Shown here piece after piece: positions 1 to 14,100 of a stretch of 64,000 bases of DNA (position 1 is its first letter; every line of letters begins with the position of its first letter). The position numbers and the translations under genes were made by a program. Origin of the DNA: Gordius albopunctatus. Lineage: Eukaryota. The notes under the pieces were generated by a model. It was not told where the DNA came from. It did not search any database and saw only the letters and a list, made by a program, of their open reading frames with translations. The stretch covers positions 6,510,001 through 6,574,000 of the forward strand of contig OZ193910.1 in the NCBI GenBank assembly GCA_964276515.1, in the 5' to 3' direction.

Positions 1-377
1 ATAAATCAATCAAGATTCTTACTTTTTTATTTCCCATCCATATTTTATCACTTAAAATTGACGCGAGAGCATCGAAATTTGTGTATTTTGTCGTAATCGA
101 TGACGCAATACGTAAAATATTTAACTTTTTGATTGTTGGTAGTAATTATACAGCTCGAAACAGTTTCATTATCGCGTTCCAGATTTACTTACTCCCTTTC
201 AGACGCCACTACGCCAATTCCGTTGAAGACGGACACCTAGCATTCTGCCCGACGCAAAATACTCTAAAATCCCTAAATCTCCTATATAATGGCGCCTAGA
301 ATTAAAAATTAATTCACAAATGTATTCCTACGGCGTCCGCTGTGTGCTAAGGATCGCCCCTGATCGTAACTGGATTC

Positions 378-394
378 AAAAAAATATTTAAAAA
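378..394 (-). terminator. Pol III oligo-dT terminator (T5 at the gene end, backup T7 five nt downstream); repeated in each unit
   Basis: Minus strand reads ...GTAACC TTTTT AAATA TTTTTTT G. Confidence 0.9.
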
Positions 395-512
395 GGTTAC
401 AACACCCGGGATTCCCAAGCGGTCACCCATCCAAGTACTAACCGGGCTCAACGTTGCTTAACTTCGGTGTTCGGAAGGGAACCGGTGTTTTCAACGTGAT
501 ATGGTCGTAACC
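394..512 (-). rRNA. 5S rRNA: 5S ribosomal RNA (first copy, array consensus; representative of the intact copies up to 45809)
   Basis: Reverse complement is GGTTACGACCATATCACGTTGAAAACACCGGTTCCCTTCCGAACACCGAAGTTAAGCAACGTTGAGCCCGGTTAGTACTTGGATGGGTGACCGCTTGGGAATCCCGGGTGTTGTAACCT (119 nt). Helices I (1-9/110-118), II (14-21/57-65), III (27-32/45-52) and V (67-71/104-108) pair by inspection. Metazoan AGTTAAGC and TAGTACTTGGATGGGTGACCGC motifs are present. Confidence 0.98.
416..463 (-). promoter_or_regulatory. Pol III type-1 internal control region (box A, intermediate element, box C) of the 5S gene; repeated in each unit
   Basis: 5S nt 50-97 contain the box A-like AGTTAAGCAACGTTG and the box C-like TGGATGGGTGACCGCTTG. 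Positions are taken from the established Xenopus-type ICR. Confidence 0.85.
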
Positions 513-536
513 GTAGATTTAAAGCGAAAATTGTGC

Positions 537-543
537 TTATAAA
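537..543 (-). promoter_or_regulatory. Upstream TATA-like element at -31..-25 of the 5S gene; repeated in each unit
   Basis: Minus strand reads TTTATAA 25-31 nt upstream of +1, the known position of TATA-like elements for many invertebrate 5S genes. Nearly invariant across units. Confidence 0.65.
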
Positions 544-930
544 TCAGGCAAGATTCTTACTTTTTTATTTCCCACCCATATTTTATCACTTAAAATTTAC
601 GCGAGAGCATCGAAATGTGTGTATTTTGTCGTAATCGATGACGCATTACGTGGAATATTTAACTTTTTGATTGTTGGTAGTAATTATACAGCTCGAAACA
701 GTTTCATTATCGCGTTTTCGGTTTACTTACTCCCTTTCAGACGCTATACGCCAATTCCGTTGAGGACGGACACCTAGCATTCTGCCCGACGCAAAATACT
801 CTAAAATCCCTAAATCTCCTATAAAATGGCGCCTAGAATTAAAAATTAATTCACAAATGTATTCCTACGGCGTCCCCTATGTGCTCAGGATCGCCCTTGA
901 TCGTAACTGGATTCAAAAAAATATTTAAAA

Positions 931-1047
931 AGGTTACAACACCCGGGATTCCCAAGCGGTCACCCATCCAAGTACTAACCGGGCTCAACGTTGCTTAACT
1001 TCGGTGTTCGGAAGGGAACCGGTGTTTTCAACGTGATATGGTAGACC
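931..1047 (-). pseudogene. 5S rRNA: 5S variant, 117 nt, with a disrupted 5' strand of helix I (also 2541-2657, 3077-3193, 4150-4266)
   Basis: Plus strand ATGGTAGACC replaces ATGGTCGTAACC, so the RNA would start GGUCUACC instead of GGUUACGACC. Confidence 0.7.
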
Positions 1048-2003
1048 GTAGATTTAAAGCGAAAATTGTGCTTATAAATCAGGCAAGATTCTTACTTTTT
1101 TATTTCCCACCCATATTTTATCACTTAAAATTTACGCGAGAGCATCGAAATGTGTGTATTTTGTCGTAATCGATGACGCATTACGTGGAATATTTAACTT
1201 TTTGATTGTTGGTAGTAATTATACAACTCGAAACAGTTTCATTATCGCGTTTTCGGTTTACTTACTCACTTTCAGACGCTATACGCCAATTCCGTTGAGG
1301 ACGGACACCTAGCATTCTGCCCGACGCAAAATACTCTAAAATCCCTAAATCTCCTATAAAATGGCGCCTAGAATTAAAAATTAATTCACAAATGTATTCC
1401 TACGGCGTCCCCTATGTGCTAAGGATCGCCCTTGATCGTAACTGGATTCAAAAAAATATTTAAAAAGGTTACAACACCAGGGATTCCCAAGCGGTCACCC
1501 ATCCAAGTACTAACCGGGCTCAACGTTGCTTAACTTCGGTGTTCGGAAGGGAACCGGTGTTTTCAACGTGATATGGTCGTAACCGTAGATTTAAAGCGAA
1601 AATTGTGCTTATAAATCAGGCAAGATTCTTACTTTTTTATTTCCCACCCATATTTTATCACTTAAAATTTACGCGAGAGCATCGAAATGTGTGTATTTTG
1701 TCGTAATCGATGACGCATTACGTGGAATATTTAACTTTTTGATTGTTGGTAGTAATTATACAGCTCGAAACAGTTTCATTATCGCGTTTTCGGTTTACTT
1801 ACTCCCTTTCAGACGCCACTACGCCAATTCCGTTGAGGGCGGACACCTAGCATTCTGCCCGACGCAAAATACTCTAAAATCCCTAAATCTCCCTTAAAAT
1901 GCCGCCTAGAATTAAAAATTAATTCACAAATGTATTCCTACGGCGTCCCCTATGTGCTAAGGATCGCCCTTGATCGTAACTGGATTCAAAAAAATATTTA
2001 AAA

Positions 2004-2122
2004 AGGTTACAACACCCGGGATTCCCAAGCGGTCACCCATCCAAGTACTAACCGGGCTCAACGTTGCTTAACTTCGGTGTTCGGAAGGGAACCGGTGTTT
2101 TCAACGTGATATGGTCGTAACC
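2004..2122 (-). rRNA. 5S rRNA: 5S ribosomal RNA (consensus copy)
   Basis: Identical to the 394-512 copy by inspection. Confidence 0.95.
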
Positions 2123-5100
2123 GTAGATTTAAAGCGAAAATTGTGCTTATAAATCAGGCAAGATTCTTACTTTTTTATTTCCCACCCATATTTTATCACT
2201 TAAAATTTACGCGAGAGCATCGAAATGTGTGTATTTTGTCGTAATCGATGACGCATTACGTGGAATATTTAACTTTTTGATTGTTGGTAGTAATTATACA
2301 GCTCGAAACAGTTTCATTATCGCGTTCTCTGTTTACTTACTCCCTTTCAGACGCTATACGCCAATTCCGTTGAGGACGGACACCTAGCATTCTGCCCGAC
2401 GCAAAATACTCTAAAATCCCTAAATCTCCTATAAAATGGCGCCTAGAATTAAAAATTAATTCACAAATGTATTCCTACGGCGTCCCCTATGTGCTCAGGA
2501 TCGCCCTTGATCGTAACTGGATTCAAAAAAATATTTAAAAAGGTTACAACACCCGGGATTCCCAAGCGGTCACCCATCCAAGTACTAACCGGGCTCAACG
2601 TTGCTTAACTTCGGTGTTCGGAAGGGAACCGGTGTTTTCAACGTGATATGGTAGACCGTAGATTTAAAGCGAAAATTGTGCTTATAAATCAGGCAAGATT
2701 CTTACTTTTTTATTTCCCACCCATATTTTATCACTTAAAATTTACGCGAGAGCATCGAAATGTGTGTATTTTGTCGTAATCCGTGACGCAATACGTGGAA
2801 TATTTAACTTTTTGATTGTTGGTAGTAATTATACAGCTCGAAACAGTTTCATTATCGCGTTCTCGGTTTACTTACTCCCTTTCAGACACCACTACGCCAA
2901 TTCCGTTGAGGGCGGACACCTAGCATTCTGCCCGACGCAAAATACTCTAAAATCCCTAAATCTCCTATAAAATGGCGCCTAGAATTAAAAATTAATTCAC
3001 AAATGTATTCCTACGGCGTCCCCTATGTGCTAAGGATCGCCCCTGATCGTAACTGAATTCAAAAAAATATTTAAAAAGGTTACAACACCCGGGATTCCCA
3101 AGCGGTCACCCATCCAAGTACTAACCGGGCTCAACGTTGCTTAACTTCGGTGTTCGGAAGGGAACCGGTGTTTTCAACGTGATATGGTAGACCGTAGATT
3201 TAAAGCGAAAATTGTGCTTATAAATCAATCAAGATTCTTACTTTTTTATTTCCCATCCATATTTTATCACTTAAAATTGACGCGAGAGCATCGAAATTTG
3301 TGTATTTTGTCGTAATCGATGACGCAATACGTAAAATATTTAACTTTTTGATTGTTGGTAGTAATTATACAGCTCGAAACAGTTTCATTATCGCGTTCCA
3401 GATTTACTTACTCCCTTTCAGACGCCACTACGCCAATTCCGTTGAAGACGGACACCTAGCATTCTGCCCGACGCAAAATACTCTAAAATCCCTAAATCTC
3501 CTATATAATGGCGCCTAGAATTAAAAATTAATTCACAAATGTATTCCTACGGCGTCCGCTGTGTGCTAAGGATCGCCCCTGATCGTAACTGGATTCAAAA
3601 AAATATTTAAAAAGGTTACAACACCCGGGATTCCCAAGCGGTCACCCATCCAAGTACTAACCGGGCTCAACGTTGCTTAACTTCGGTGTTCGGAAGGGAA
3701 CCGGTGTTTTCAACGTGATATGGTCGTAACCGTAGATTTAAAGCGAAAATTGTGCTTATAAATCAGGCAAGATTCTTACTTTTTTATTTCCCACCCATAT
3801 TTTATCACTTAAAATTTACGCGAGAGCATCGAAATGTGTGTATTTTGTCGTAATCGATGACGCATTACGTGGAATATTTAACTTTTTGATTGTTGGTAGT
3901 AATTATACAGCTCGAAACAGTTTCATTATCGCGTTTTCGGTTTACTTACTCCCTTTCAGACGCTATACGCCAATTCCGTTGAGGACGGACACCTAGCATT
4001 CTGCCCGACGCAAAATACTCTAAAATCCCTAAATCTCCTATAAAATGGCGCCTAGAATTAAAAATTAATTCACAAATGTATTCCTACGGCGTCCCCTATG
4101 TGCTCAGGATCGCCCTTGATCGTAACTGGATTCAAAAAAATATTTAAAAAGGTTACAACACCCGGGATTCCCAAGCGGTCACCCATCCAAGTACTAACCG
4201 GGCTCAACGTTGCTTAACTTCGGTGTTCGGAAGGGAACCGGTGTTTTCAACGTGATATGGTAGACCGTAGATTTAAAGCGAAAATTGTGCTTATAAATCA
4301 GGCAAGATTCTTACTTTTTTATTTCCCACCCATATTTTATCACTTAAAATTTACGCGAGAGCATCGAAATGTGTGTATTTTGTCGTAATCGATGACGCAT
4401 TACGTGGAATATTTAACTTTTTGATTGTTGGTAGTAATTATACAACTCGAAACAGTTTCATTATCGCGTTTTCGGTTTACTTACTCACTTTCAGACGCTA
4501 TACGCCAATTCCGTTGAGGACGGACACCTAGCATTCTGCCCGACGCAAAATACTCTAAAATCCCTAAATCTCCTATAAAATGGCGCCTAGAATTAAAAAT
4601 TAATTCACAAATGTATTCCTACGGCGTCCCCTATGTGCTAAGGATCGCCCTTGATCGTAACTGGATTCAAAAAAATATTTAAAAAGGTTACAACACCAGG
4701 GATTCCCAAGCGGTCACCCATCCAAGTACTAACCGGGCTCAACGTTGCTTAACTTCGGTGTTCGGAAGGGAACCGGTGTTTTCAACGTGATATGGTCGTA
4801 ACCGTAGATTTAAAGCGAAAATTGTGCTTATAAATCAGGCAAGATTCTTACTTTTTTATTTCCCACCCATATTTTATCACTTAAAATTGACGCGAGAGCA
4901 TCGAAATTTGTGTATTTTGTCGTAATCGATGACGCAATACGTAAAATATTTAACTTTTTGATTGTTGGTAGTAATTATACAGCTCGAAACAGTTTCATTA
5001 TCGCGTTCCAGATTTACTTACTCCCTTTCAGACGCCACTACGCCAATTCCGTTGAGGACGGACACCTAGCATTCTGCCCGACGCAAAATACTCTAAAATC

Positions 5101-8100
5101 CCTAAATCTCCTATATAATGGCGCCTAGAATTAAAAATTAATTCACAAATGTATTCCTACGGCGTCCGCTGTGTGCTAAGGATCGCCCCTGATCGTAACT
5201 GGATTCAAAAAAATATTTAAAAAGGTTACAACACCCGGGATTCCCAAGCGGTCACCCATCCAAGTACTAACCGGGCTCAACGTTGCTTGACTTCGGTGTT
5301 CGGAAGGGAACCGGTGTTTTCAACGAGATATGGTCGTAACCGTAGATTTAAAGCGAAAATTGTGCTTATAAATCAATCAAGATTCTTACTTTTTTATTTC
5401 CCATCCATATTTTATCACTTAAAATTGACGCGAGAGCATCGAAATTTGTGTATTTTGTCGTAATCGATGACGCAATACGTAAAATATTTAACTTTTTGAT
5501 TGTTGGTAGTAATTATACAGCTCGAAACAGTTTCATTATCGCGTTCCAGATTTACTTACTCCCTTTCAGACGCCACTACGCCAATTCCGTTGAAGACGGA
5601 CACCTAGCATTCTGCCCGACGCAAAATACTCTAAAATCCCTAAATCTCCTATATAATGGCGCCTAGAATTAAAAATTAATTCACAAATGTATTCCTACGG
5701 CGTCCGCTGTGTGCTAAGGATCGCCCCTGATCGTAACTGGATTCAAAAAAATATTTAAAAAGGTTACAACACCCGGGATTCCCAAGCGGTCATCCATCCA
5801 AGTACTAACCGGGCTCAACGTTGCTTAACTTCGGTGTTCGGAAGGGAACCGGTGTTTTCAACGTGATATGGTCGTAACCGTAGATTTAAAGCGAAAATTG
5901 TGCTTATAAATCAGGCAAGATTCTTACTTTTTTATTTCCCACCCATATTTTATCACTTAAAATTTACGCGAGAGCATCGAAATGTGTGTATTTTGTCGTA
6001 ATCGATGACGCATTACGTGGAATATTTAACTTTTTGATTGTTGGTAGTAATTATACAACTCGAAACAGTTTCATTATCGCGTTCTCGATTTACTTACTCC
6101 CTTTCAGACGCTATACGCCAATTCCGTTGAGGACGGACACCTAGCATTCTGCCCGACGCAAAATACTCTAAAATCCCTAAATCTCCTATAAAATGGCGCC
6201 TAGAATTAAAAATTAATTCACAAATGTATTCCTACGGCGTCCCCTATGTGCTAAGGATCGCACTTGATCGTAACTGGATTCAAAAAAATATTTAAAAAGG
6301 TTACAACACACGGGATTCCCAAGCGGTCATCCATCCAAGTACTAACCGGGCTCAACGTTGCTTAACTTCGTTGTTCGGAAGGGAACCGGTGTTTTCAGCG
6401 TGATATGGTCGTAACCGTAGATTTAGAGCGAAAATTGTGCTTATAAATCAGGCAAGATTCTTACTTTTTTATTTCCCACCCATATTTTATCACTTAAAAT
6501 TTACGCGAGAGCATCGAAATGTGTGTATTTTGTCGTAATCGATGACGCATTACGTGGAATATTTAACTTTTTGATTGTTGGTAGTAATTATACAGCTCGA
6601 AACAGTTTCATTATCGCGTTTTCGGTTTACTTACTCCCTTTCAGACGCCACTACGCCAATTCCGTTGAGGGCGGACACCTAGCATTCTGCCCGACGCAAA
6701 ATACTCTAAAATCCCTAAATCTCCCTTAAAATGCCGCCTAGAATTAAAAATTAATTCACAAATGTATTCCTACGGCGTCCCCTATGTGCTAAGGATCGCC
6801 CTTGATCGTAACTGGATTCAAAAAAATATTTAAAAAGGTTACAACACCCGGGATTCCCAAGCGGTCACCCATCCAAGTACTAACCGGGCTCAACGTTGCT
6901 TAACTTCGGTGTTCGGAAGGGAACCGGTGTTTTCAACGTGATATGGTCGTAACCGTAGATTTAAAGCGAAAATTGTGCTTATAAATCAGGCAAGATTCTT
7001 ACTTTTTTATTTCCCACCCATATTTTATCACTTAAAATTTACGCGAGAGCATCGAAATGTGTGTATTTTGTCGTAATCGATGACGCATTACGTGGAATAT
7101 TTAACTTTTTGATTGTTGGTAGTAATTATACAGCTCGAAACAGTTTCATTATCGCGTTCTCTGTTTACTTACTCCCTTTCAGACGCCACTACGCCAATTC
7201 CGTTGAGGGCGGACACCTAGCATTCTGCCCGACGCAAAATACTCTAAAATCACTAAATCTCCCTTAAAATGGCGCCTAGAATTAAAAATTAATTCACAAA
7301 TGTATTCCTACGGCGTCCCCTATGTGCTAAGGATCGCCCTTGATCGTAACTGGATTCAAAAAAATATTTAAAAAGGTTACAACACCCGGGATTCCCAAGC
7401 GGTCACCCATCCAAGTACTAACCGGGCTCAACGTTGCTTAACTTCGGTGTTCGGAAGGGAACCGGTGTTTTCAACGTGATATGGTCGTAACCGTAGATTT
7501 AAAGCGAAAATTGTGCTTATAAATCAGCAACATTCTTACTTTTTTATTTCCCACCCATATTTTATCACTTAAAATTTACGCGAGAGCATCGAAATGTGTG
7601 TATTTTGTCGTAATCGATGACGCATTACGTGGAATATTTAACTTTTTGATTGTTGGTAGTAATTATACAACTCGAAACAGTTTCATTATCGCGTTCTCGA
7701 TTTACTTACTCCCTTTCAGACGCTATACGCCAATTCCGTTGAGGACGGACACCTAGCATTCTGCCCGACGCAAAATACTCTAAAATCCCTAAATCTCCTA
7801 TAAAATGGCGCCTAGAATTAAAAATTAATTCACAAATGTATTCCTACGGCGTCCCCTATGTGCTAAGGATCGCCCTTGATCGTAACTGGATTCAAAAAAA
7901 TATTTAAAAAGGTTACAACACCCGGGATTCCCAAGCGGTCACCCATCCAAGTACTAACCGGGCTCAACGTTGCTTAACTTCGGTGTTCGGAAGGGAACCG
8001 GTGTTTTCAACGTGATATGGTCGTAACCGTAGATTTAAAGCGAAAATTGTGCTTATAAATCAGGCAAGATTCTTACTTTTTTATTTCCCACCCATATTTT

Positions 8101-11100
8101 ATCACTTAAAATTTACGCGAGAGCATCGAAATGTGTGTATTTTGTCGTAATCGATGACGCATTACGTGGAATATTTAACTTTTTGATTGTTGGTAGTAAT
8201 TATACAACTCGAAACAGTTTCATTATCGCGTTTTCGGTTTACTTACTCCCTTTCAGACGCCACTACGCCAATTCCGTTGAGGGCGGACACCTAGCATTCT
8301 GCCCGACGCAAAATACTCTAAAATCCCTAAATCTCCCTTAAAATGGCGCCTAGAATTAAAAATTAATTCACAAATGTATTCCTACGGCGTCCCCTATGTG
8401 CTAAGGATCGCCCTTGATCGTAACTGGATTCAAAAAAATATTTAAAAAGGTTACAACACCCGGGATTCCCAAGCGGTCACCCATCCAAGTACTAACCGGG
8501 CTCAACGTTGCTTAACTTCGGTGTTCGGAAGGGAACCGGTGTTTTCAACGTGATATGGTCGTAACCGTAGATTTAAAGCGTAAATTGTGCTTATAAATCA
8601 GGCAAGATTCTTACTTTTTTATTTCCCACCCATATTTTATCACTTAAAATTTACGCGAGAGCATCGAAATGTGTGTATTTTGTCGTAATCGATGACGCAT
8701 TACGTGGAATATTTAACTTTTTGATTGTTGGTAGTAATTATACAGCTCGAAACAGTTTCATTATCGCGTTCTCGATTTACTTACTCCCTTTCAGACGCTA
8801 TACGCCAATTCCGTTGAGGGCGGACACCTAGCATTCTGCCCGACGCAAAATACTCTAAAATCCCTAAATCTCCTATAAAATGGCGCCTAGAATTAAAAAT
8901 TAATTCACAAATGTATTCCTACGGCGTCCCCTATGTGCTAAGGATCGCACTTGATCGTAACTGGATTCAAAAAAATATTTAAAAAGGTTACAACACCCGG
9001 GATTCCCAAGCGGTCACCCATCCAAGTACTAACCGGGCTCAACGTTGCTTAACTTCGGTGTTCGGAAGGGAACCGGTGTTTTCAACGTGATATGGTCGTA
9101 ACCGTAGATTTAAAGCGTAAATTGTGCTTATAAATCAGGCAAGATTCTTACTTTTTTATTTCCCACACATATTTTATCACTTAAAATTTACGCGAGAGCA
9201 TCGAAATGTATGTATTTTGTCGTAATCGATGACGCAATACGTGGAATATTTAACTTTTTGATTGTTGGTAGTAATTATACAGCTCGAAACAGTTTCATTA
9301 TCGCGTTTTCAGTTTACTTACTCCCTTTCAGACGGTATACGCCAATTCCGTTGAGGACGGACACCTAGCATTCTGCCCGACGCAAAATACTCTAAAATCC
9401 CTAAATCTCCTATAAAATGGCGCCTAGAATTAAAAATTAATTCACAAATGTATTCCTACGGCGTCCCCTATGTGCTCAGGATCGCCCTTGATCGTAACTG
9501 GATTCAAAAAAATATTTAAAAAGGTTACAACACCCGGGATTCCCAAGCGGTCACCCATCCAAGTACTAACCGGGCTCAACGTTGCTTAACTTCGGTGTTC
9601 GGAAGGGAACCGGTGTTTTCAACGTGATATGGTCGTAACCGTAGATTTAAAGCGTAAATTGTGCTTATAAATCAGGCAAGATTCTTACTTTTTTATTTCC
9701 CACCCATATTTTATCACTTAAAATTTACGCGAGAGCATCGAAATGTGTGTATTTTGTCGTAATCGATGACGCATTACGTGGAATATTTAACTTTTTGATT
9801 GTTGGTAGTAATTATACAGCTCGAAACAGTTTCATTATCGCGTTCTCGATTTACTTACTCCCTTTCAGACGCTATACTCCATTTCCGTTGAGGGCGGACA
9901 CCTAGCATTCTGCCCGACGCAAAATACTCTAAAATTCCTAAATCTCCTATAAAATGGCGCCTAGAATTAAAAATTAATTCACAAATGTATTCCTACGGCG
10001 TCCCCTATATGCTAAGGATCGCACTTGATCGTAACTGGATTCAAAAAAATATTTAAAAAGGTTACAACACCCGGGATTCCCAAGCGGTCACCCATCCAAG
10101 TACTAACCGGGCTCAACGTTGCTTAACTTCGGTGTTCGGAAGGGAACCGGTGTTTTCAACGTGATATGGTCGTAACCGTAGATTTAAAGCGTAAATTGTG
10201 CTTATAAATCAGGCAAGATTCTTACTTTTTTATTTCCCACCCATATTTTATCACTTAAAATTTACGCGAGAGCATCGAAATGTGTGTATTTTGTCGTAAT
10301 CGATGACGCATTACGTGGAATATTTAACTTTTTGATTGTTGGTAGTAATTATACACCTCGAAACAGTTTCATTATCGCGTTCTCGATTTACTTACTCCCT
10401 TTCAGACGCTATACGCCAATTCCGTTGAGGGCGGACACCTAGCATTCTGCCCGACGCAAAATACTCTAAAATCCCTAAATCTCCTATAAAATGGCGCCTA
10501 GAATTAAAAATTAATTCACAAATGTATTCCTACGGCGTCCCCTATGTGCTCAGGATCGCCCTTGATCGTAACTGGATTCAAAAAAATATTTAAAAAGGTT
10601 ACAACACCCGGGATTCCCAAGCGGTCACCCATCCAAGTACTAACCGGGCTCAACGTTGCTTAACTTCGGTGTTCGGAAGGGAACCGGTGTTTTCAACGTG
10701 ATATGGTCGTAACCGTAGATTTAAAGCGTAAATTGTGCTTATAAATCAGGCAAGATTCTTACTTTTTTATTTCCCACCCATATTTTATCACTTAAAATTT
10801 ACGCGAGAGCATCGAAATGTATGTATTTTGTCGTAATCGATGACGCAATACGTGGAATATTTAACTTTTTGATTGTTGGTAGTAATTATACAGCTCGAAA
10901 CAGTTTCATTATCGCGTTTTCAGTTTACTTACTCCCTTTCAGACGGTATACGCCAATTCCGTTGAGGACGGACACCTAGCATTCTGCCCGACGCAAAATA
11001 CTCTAAAATCCCTAAATCTCCTATAAAATGGCGCCTAGAATTAAAAATTAATTCACAAATGTATTCCTACGGCGTCCCCTATGTGCTCAGGATCGCCCTT

Positions 11101-14100
11101 GATCGTAACTGGATTCAAAAAAATATTTAAAAAGGTTACAACACCCGGGATTCCCAAGCGGTCACCCATCCAAGTACTAACCGGGCTCAACGTAGCTTAA
11201 CTTCGGTGTTCGGAAGGGAACCGGTGTTTTCAACGTGATATGGTCGTAACCGTAGATTTAAAGCGTAAATTGTGCTTATAAATCAGGCAAGATTCTTACT
11301 TTTTTATTTCCCACCCATATTTTATCACTTAAAATTTACGCGAGAGCATCGAAATGTGTGTATTTTGTCGTAATCGATGACGCATTACGTGGAATATTTA
11401 ACTTTTTGATTGTTGGTAGTAATTATACAGCTCGAAACAGTTTCATTATCGCGTTCTCGATTTACTTACTCCCTTTCAGACGCTATACGCCAATTCCGTT
11501 GAGGGCGGACACCTAGCATTCTGCCCGACGCAAAATACTCTAAAATCCCTAAATCTCCTATAAAATGGCGCCTAGAATTAAAAATTAATTCACAAATGTA
11601 TTCCTACGGCGTCCCCTATGTGCTCAGGATCGCCCTTGATCGTAACTGGATTCAAAAAAATATTTAAAAAGGTTACAACACCCGGGATTCCCAAGCGGTC
11701 ACCCATCCAAGTACTAACCGGGCTCAACGTTGCTTAACTTCGGTGTTCGGAAGGGAACCGGTGTTTTCAACGTGATATGGTCGTAACCGTAGATTTAAAG
11801 CGAAAATTGTGCTTATAAATCAGGCAAGATTCTTACTTTTTTATTTCCCACCCATATTTTATCACTTAAAATTTACGCGAGAGCATCGAAATGTATGTAT
11901 TTTGTCGTAATCGATGACGCAATACGTGGAATATTTAACTTTTTGATTGTTGGTAGTAATTATACAGCTCGAAACAGTTTCATTATCGCGTTTTCAGTTT
12001 ACTTACTCCCTTTCAGACGCTATACGCCAATTCCGTTGAGGGCGGACACCTAGCATTCTGCCCGACGCAAAATACTCTAAAATCCCTAAATCTCCTATAA
12101 AATGGCGCCTAGAATTAAAAATTAATTCACAAATGTATTCCTACGGCGTCCCCTATGTGCTAAGGATCGCACTTGATCGTAACTGGATTCAAAAAAATAT
12201 TTAAAAAGGTTACAACACCCGGGATTCCCAAGCGGTCACCCATCCAAGTACTAACCGGGCTCAACGTTGCTTAACTTCGGTGTTCGGAAGGGAACCGGTG
12301 TTTTCAACGTGATATGGTCGTAACCGTAGATTTAAAGCGTAAATTGTGCTTATAAATCAGGCAAGATTCTTACTTTTTTATTTCCCACCCATATTTTATC
12401 ACTTAAAATTTACGCGAGAGCATCGAAATGTATGTATTTTGTCGTAATCGATGACGCAATACGTGGAATATTTAACTTTTTGATTGTTGGTAGTAATTAT
12501 ACAGTTAGAAACAGTTTCATTATCGCGTTCTCGATTTACTTACTCCCTTTCAGACGCTATACGCCAATTCCGTTGAGGGCGGACACCTAGCATTCTGCCC
12601 GACGCAAAATACTCTAAAATCCCTAAATCTCCTATAAAATGGCGCCTAGAATTAAAAATTAATTCACAAATGTATTCCTACGGCGTCCCCTATGTGCTAA
12701 GGATCGCACTTGATCGTAACTGGATTCAAAAAAATATTTAAAAAGGTTACAACACCCGGGATTCCCAAGCGGTCACCCATCCAAGTACTAACCGGGCTCA
12801 ACGTTGCTTAACTTCGGTGTTCGGAAGGGAACCGGTGTTTTCAACGTGATATGGTCGTAACCGTAGATTCAAAGCGTAAATTGTGCTTATAAATCAGGCA
12901 AGATTCTTACTTTTTTATTTCCCACCCATATTTTATCACTTAAAATTTACGCGAGAGCATCGAAATGTATGTATTTTTTCGTAATCGATGACGCAATACG
13001 TGGAATATTTAACTTTTTGATTGTTGGTAGTAATTATACAGCTCGAAACAGTTTCATTATCGCGTTTTCAGTTTACTTACTCCCTTTCAGACGGTATACG
13101 CCAATTCCGTTGAGGACGGACACCTAGCATTCTGCCCGACGCAAAATACTCTAAAATCCCTAAATCTCCTATAAAATGGCGCCTAGAATTAAAAATTAAT
13201 TCACAAATGTATTCCTACGGCGTCCCCTATGTGCAAAGGATCGCACTTGATCGTAACTGGATTCAAAAAAATATTTAAAAAGGTTACAACACCCGGGATT
13301 CCCAAGCGGTCACCCATCCAAGTACTAACCGGGCTCAACGTTGCTTAACTTCGGTGTTCGGAAGGGAACCGGTGTTTTCAACGTGATATGGTCGTAACCG
13401 TAGATTCAAAGCGTAAATTGTGCTTATAAATCAGGCAAGATTCTTACTTTTTTATTTCCCACCCATATTTTATCACTTAAGATTTACGCGAGAGCATCGA
13501 AATGTATGTATTTTGTCGTAATCGATGACGCAATACGTGGAATATTTAACTTTTTGATTGTTGGTAGTAATTATACAGCTCGAAACAGTTTCATTATCGC
13601 GTTTTCAGTTTACTTACTCCCTTTCAGACGCTATACGCCAATTCCGTTGAGGGCGGACACCTAGCATTCTGCCCGACGCAAAATACTCTAAAATCCCTAA
13701 ATCTCCTATAAAATGGCGCCCAGAATTAAAAATTAATTCACAAATGTATTCCTACGGCGTCCCCTATGTGCTAAGGATCGCACTTGATCGTAACTGGATT
13801 CAAAAAAATATTTAAAAAGGTTACAACACCCGGGATTCCCAAGCGGTCACCCATCCAAGTACTAACCGGGCTCAACGTTGCTTAACTTCGGTGTTCGGAA
13901 GGGAACCGGTGTTTTCAACGTGATATGGTCGTAACCGTAGATTTAAAGCGTAAATTGTGCTTATAAATCAGGCAAGATTCTTACTTTTTTATTTCCCACC
14001 CATATTTTATCACTTAAAATTTACGCGAGAGCATCGAAATGTATGTATTTTGTCGTAATCGATGACGCAATACGTGGAATATTTAACTTTTTGATTGTTG

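Noticed and set aside
81..299. Repeated 64-72-aa ORF (MYFVVIDDA...) in the ORF track
   Set aside because: It lies in the non-transcribed spacer, usually starts at GTG, and is broken by a 1-bp indel or a stop in most units. No recognisable domain; an artefact of the repeat.
394..512. Bacterial or organellar origin suggested by CCGAAC in loop C
   Set aside because: The rest of the gene, the internal promoter boxes, the oligo-T terminator and the stand-alone tandem organisation are eukaryotic nuclear.
513..930. Spliced-leader RNA, snRNA or tRNA gene linked in the spacer (as in nematode 5S/SL1 repeats)
   Set aside because: No SL1 leader (GGTTTAATTACCCAAGTTTGAG), cloverleaf or recognisable U snRNA on either strand. 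Only short hairpins (TCCGT-TGAGG-ACGGA; CATCGA...TCGATG) and a weak Sm-like ATTTTG are present. A covariance-model search would be needed to exclude a divergent RNA.
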